Source: Takakia lepidozioides (taxonomy: Eukaryota; Plantae; Bryophyta). From it: a stretch of DNA of 64,000 nucleotides. Location: positions 39,680,001 to 39,744,000 of the forward strand of contig CM060734.1 in the NCBI GenBank assembly GCA_030704615.1, given 5' to 3'. The translations under genes were made by a program, and so were the position numbers. The notes under the pieces are model-generated. The model worked only from the letters and a program-made list of their open reading frames with translations. It was not told where the DNA came from and made no database searches. Below, piece after piece: positions 60,804-64,000 of the stretch (its first letter is position 1; every line of letters begins with the position of its first letter).

Positions 60804-61352
60804 GACCATAGGGAACGGATAGCAGGACAGGGAACGACTGTGGGGAACAACATCTGCGAATGAAACATGTTAGTACACGGATGACGGTTAGTGAGGGAAA
60901 CGGTTAGAACAACGGGTAGGAAGATAAAGCCAGGAACGAGGACGGGAGAAGGATCACTTCTTGGGGAATTCTGGGAGAAGGGGGAGAGATCACTTGGAGA
61001 GGGGACTTCGGACATCACGGGAGGAAAGGAAGAGAGAGCGCATCTCTGAGCGGAAGGAGGGAGAGCACAGAGTAGGAGGAGGGTGATCTGTTGATGCTTA
61101 ATGAATGCAAGCAGTAGAGTTGTAATGTAGAGCAGATTAGAGACTCCATGGCTTCAGCCTGATACTCGATAGATATTAATCTGATACATACTTCATACTC
61201 ACACTGTGTAGAGAGATCTGAGTGAAGCTGTGGAATAAATGGATGAGTTGATGGAATCCGATAGATTGCTGAAGCAAACTGATACTTAATTACCAACAGT
61301 AAGGTAACTAACTAACATAGTTCACACCCGCGCCACACAACGATTCATAGAC

Positions 61353-62756
61353 ATGAACATCCCACTAGGTACGACTCTTTTCGTTCCTCTCTCTGTTTAC
61401 TCAAAACCCACTACGCAGATATGGTCTGGCATTATCAAAGTTGAGCTTCTCCATCCTGCACGGGACGGTCTGGCCCTCCTTCGCGGGGACAGGCCCTTCG
61501 TGTTGGAGGTAGAGCCAGGTGTCAAAATGCAGGGAAAAGTCGAGAAAGCTTATGATCTCCTCGCCACCTCCGAATGGATGTCCCTCTATTGCAACAACGA
61601 AGTACTACAAGGCACGCTAGGAACGCAGCTGGCCATGCACTTTATCACAGAGACATTTGATCACGGTGACAACTTTGAAATCTTATACGTCGGCAAGTCC
61701 AACCCCGACACCAATTTCACCTTCATCTATCTCGCCACAGAGGATACCAGAACTCGAATTTTGGACAAGGGGATCCGTATCGATAACGTCCTAATCAAAC
61801 CAAAGATCCGGATCAAAAAGCAGGGCAAAACAGGCGCCAAAGGTTCTGAGAAGGAGAAGGAGGCGATTGCAGAAAGAGATGTGCTCACAGTCGTGGTTAA
61901 AAACCTGTGTCAACTTCACCCCCAAGAAACCATTATCAGGGAGCTGCAGATGGGTGCCGACAATATTATCGAAACTTACTTTTGCCAGATGCCCCCCAAC
62001 GAGCGAGTCAAGCACATAGGGATGATGCATGTGACCTGCAAGAACCCTATCATTTATACTAAGTGGTACAACAGCCCACATGTTGCTATGCTTGGTCGCT
62101 TCATCAATTTCTCCCCACACTGAAACAGTTTGAAGGGCCTCACCCCACCGTCACTAGCAATGCAGGAAAGATTGCAAGTTGGTAATATCAATCAAGCCCT
62201 TCTTGATACTGTCAACACGATCCAGCCCCTGCATAAACGTCAACCTGAGAACAAGGACTGGATGGCGGAGATTGACCGGAAGCTCGAGGCACATTCTATA
62301 TCTATCCGTACAGACCTGCACACCGACATCAACGATATGGAGACCCAGCTTGTAGACTCTATCACACACCAACAACTAGAATACCATAAGTACATGTTAT
62401 CGCTACACAAATCCATCACCGAATCCTTGGGCCAAAATCTGGCAAACTTTTACCATCACGCGGGCCTCATTCTCGCAAAGTTGCCCCAACTCCCTGGCTC
62501 CACCTCTACTCATGACAACGGGACCCCACCACCTGTGGAGCCTGGCTCTCTCTCTCATCGCCACCGCCCTGTCATAACGAACTTCTTCCATGCGGCACCC
62601 GAACTCAATGCAATGCTGCACCCACAGGCCAAATCACGGCTCCCCAACGTGGCTGTCAACCTTGAACGCAGTGGAGAATCGTCACCTGCTCCCAACACAC
62701 ACGCCGTTACAGCAGCTTTCGCTCTCTCCGCTGCACACAACGATGCTCATGCGTAA
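61353..62756 (+). pseudogene. Retroelement ORF1/gag-like protein (RRM-like blocks plus coiled coil), one in-frame TGA at 62121
   Basis: ORFs 61353-62123 and 62130-62756 share a frame. RRM-like pattern (TVVVKNL...IIREL.MGADNI...F...HIGMMHVTC...Y.KW...MLGRFINF), then a heptad-like region. The stop overlaps the next ATG (ATGcgTAA), which opens a hydrophobic then C/A-rich decayed ORF running to the window end. Confidence 0.5.
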
Positions 62757-64000
62757 TTCCCTGGGGCAAAGCTGCACCCAACAGGCTTACTCTAGCTTCC
62801 GAGTCGCACTCTATTCTCTTCTATGTGTTGTTTCCTTTCTCGTACTTTTATGTTTCAATGTATCCTGCTCAAAATGTTACTCTACAGCTCTGAATGATTC
62901 CACCACGATAGCACACTCAATACAAACTCTCACTTTCTCTCCTACTTACTCTCAATCGTCACTCTGCACTACTGGTGTCCCCTGTCACCACTCTCCCCTC
63001 TCTCTACAATTTGCAATCACATCCCACGGTCTCAATAAAGCCATCAATCTCAATCACTACTAACCTAGGCCAACCGCGCCCTGCCCTGCCACCCGCCTAG
63101 CCACATGTTCTAGTCACGCCACGTGCCATAACCAGATCGCTGCTGACTCTCCCCCACGCACGTTTATATCTCAGCACCCCCACGTCTTCCTCCTCAACCC
63201 CAGCTATATCTGCACCCGAGACCGTTTGTACCCCACCTCTCCCTGCGTGGACCTACCATACCCCGCCACCTGCTGGCCCCTCCCACCTGCAACCCACACT
63301 GACCCTACCACCCACGGATGCACCGCGCGTGCAACCTTCCCCACCCTTGAAATTAACAACCCCCCCCCCCACATGCTCCCAAATTTAAATCTGTATAAAA
63401 TTCCCCCCACCCGTTACCACCCTCGCCCCTTATATCACTGCACCCACCCTGCCCTGCCACCTCAAGTCTCCTGGCATTATTACCTGGCACCCCCCAGAGC
63501 CCAGTGTTCAAATCCCCATACGCCAACACCACGCTTCGTGTATTGTACGGTCCTCTACACTACCCACCATATTACCCGCTAGACTTCCTAACGGTCCTAC
63601 CGACTATACGGTCCTACTAATACGCCCCAATACAAATAAAATTATAGCCCCCCACACTCATATGCCTGCACCAAATAGAATCATACTTTCCCACACTCAC
63701 ACATCCGTGACACGCAACCTGTATTTCATTCATTCGTGGATGCGTTCATCCACGTCCTCACCCAACGCCGTGCATCCACGCAACGCGCCTACCCTCCTTA
63801 TACTCTCCACACTACCAACAGCCACCCCCACCGAACGTCATCTCAGTCACCCTCGGAAACATCCATTCACTACCTGCCCAATTATACCCATATACAAAAA
63901 TAATAAGCCCATACTCCTACCCATGAACACCATGCAAACTTGGATAAATGTACCTCATCCAACCCAGCTAAATACACATACCCCTCCCCGCTACGGCTCC

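Noticed and set aside
60798-61298. Solo LTR (TGTCACG...CCAACA with AATAAA)
   Set aside because: No matching TSD (ACAGC vs GTAAG) and no second copy, PBS or PPT.

Overview
Eukaryotic, intron-containing plant nuclear DNA. It is most consistent with a bryophyte (inference from an HNL-type alpha/beta-hydrolase, a half-tRNA-primed copia and an aspartate/glutamate-type mitochondrial carrier). Host genes: a hydrolase pseudogene (~0.46-1.6 kb, +), a ~14-exon PHAF1/UPF0183 gene (14386-6027, -), an F-box-associated/kelch-like exon (-), a small secreted orphan protein (-), a 12-exon YnbB/aluminium-resistance PLP enzyme (+), an intronless GT31 galactosyltransferase (+), an AGC/aralar-like carrier with a long N-terminal extension (-), a degenerate unknown gene (-) and a 3-exon CYP71-clan P450 (-). 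Mobile DNA: a ~4.15 kb piggyBac element with 14-bp TIRs, a copia element with intact LTRs and TSD but a scrambled interior, seven 5'-truncated RTEX-like LINE copies that insert at TCT sites, and decayed LINE-like sequence at 57-64 kb. The most striking signal is in the piggyBac 3' non-coding region: a 23-bp hairpin followed by two tandem ~52-nt anticodon-less tRNA-like elements with a compensatory base-pair change, flanking an ~81-nt spacer. Family assignments come from recalled motifs, not database searches. Exon coordinates were read by eye and may be off by a few bases.
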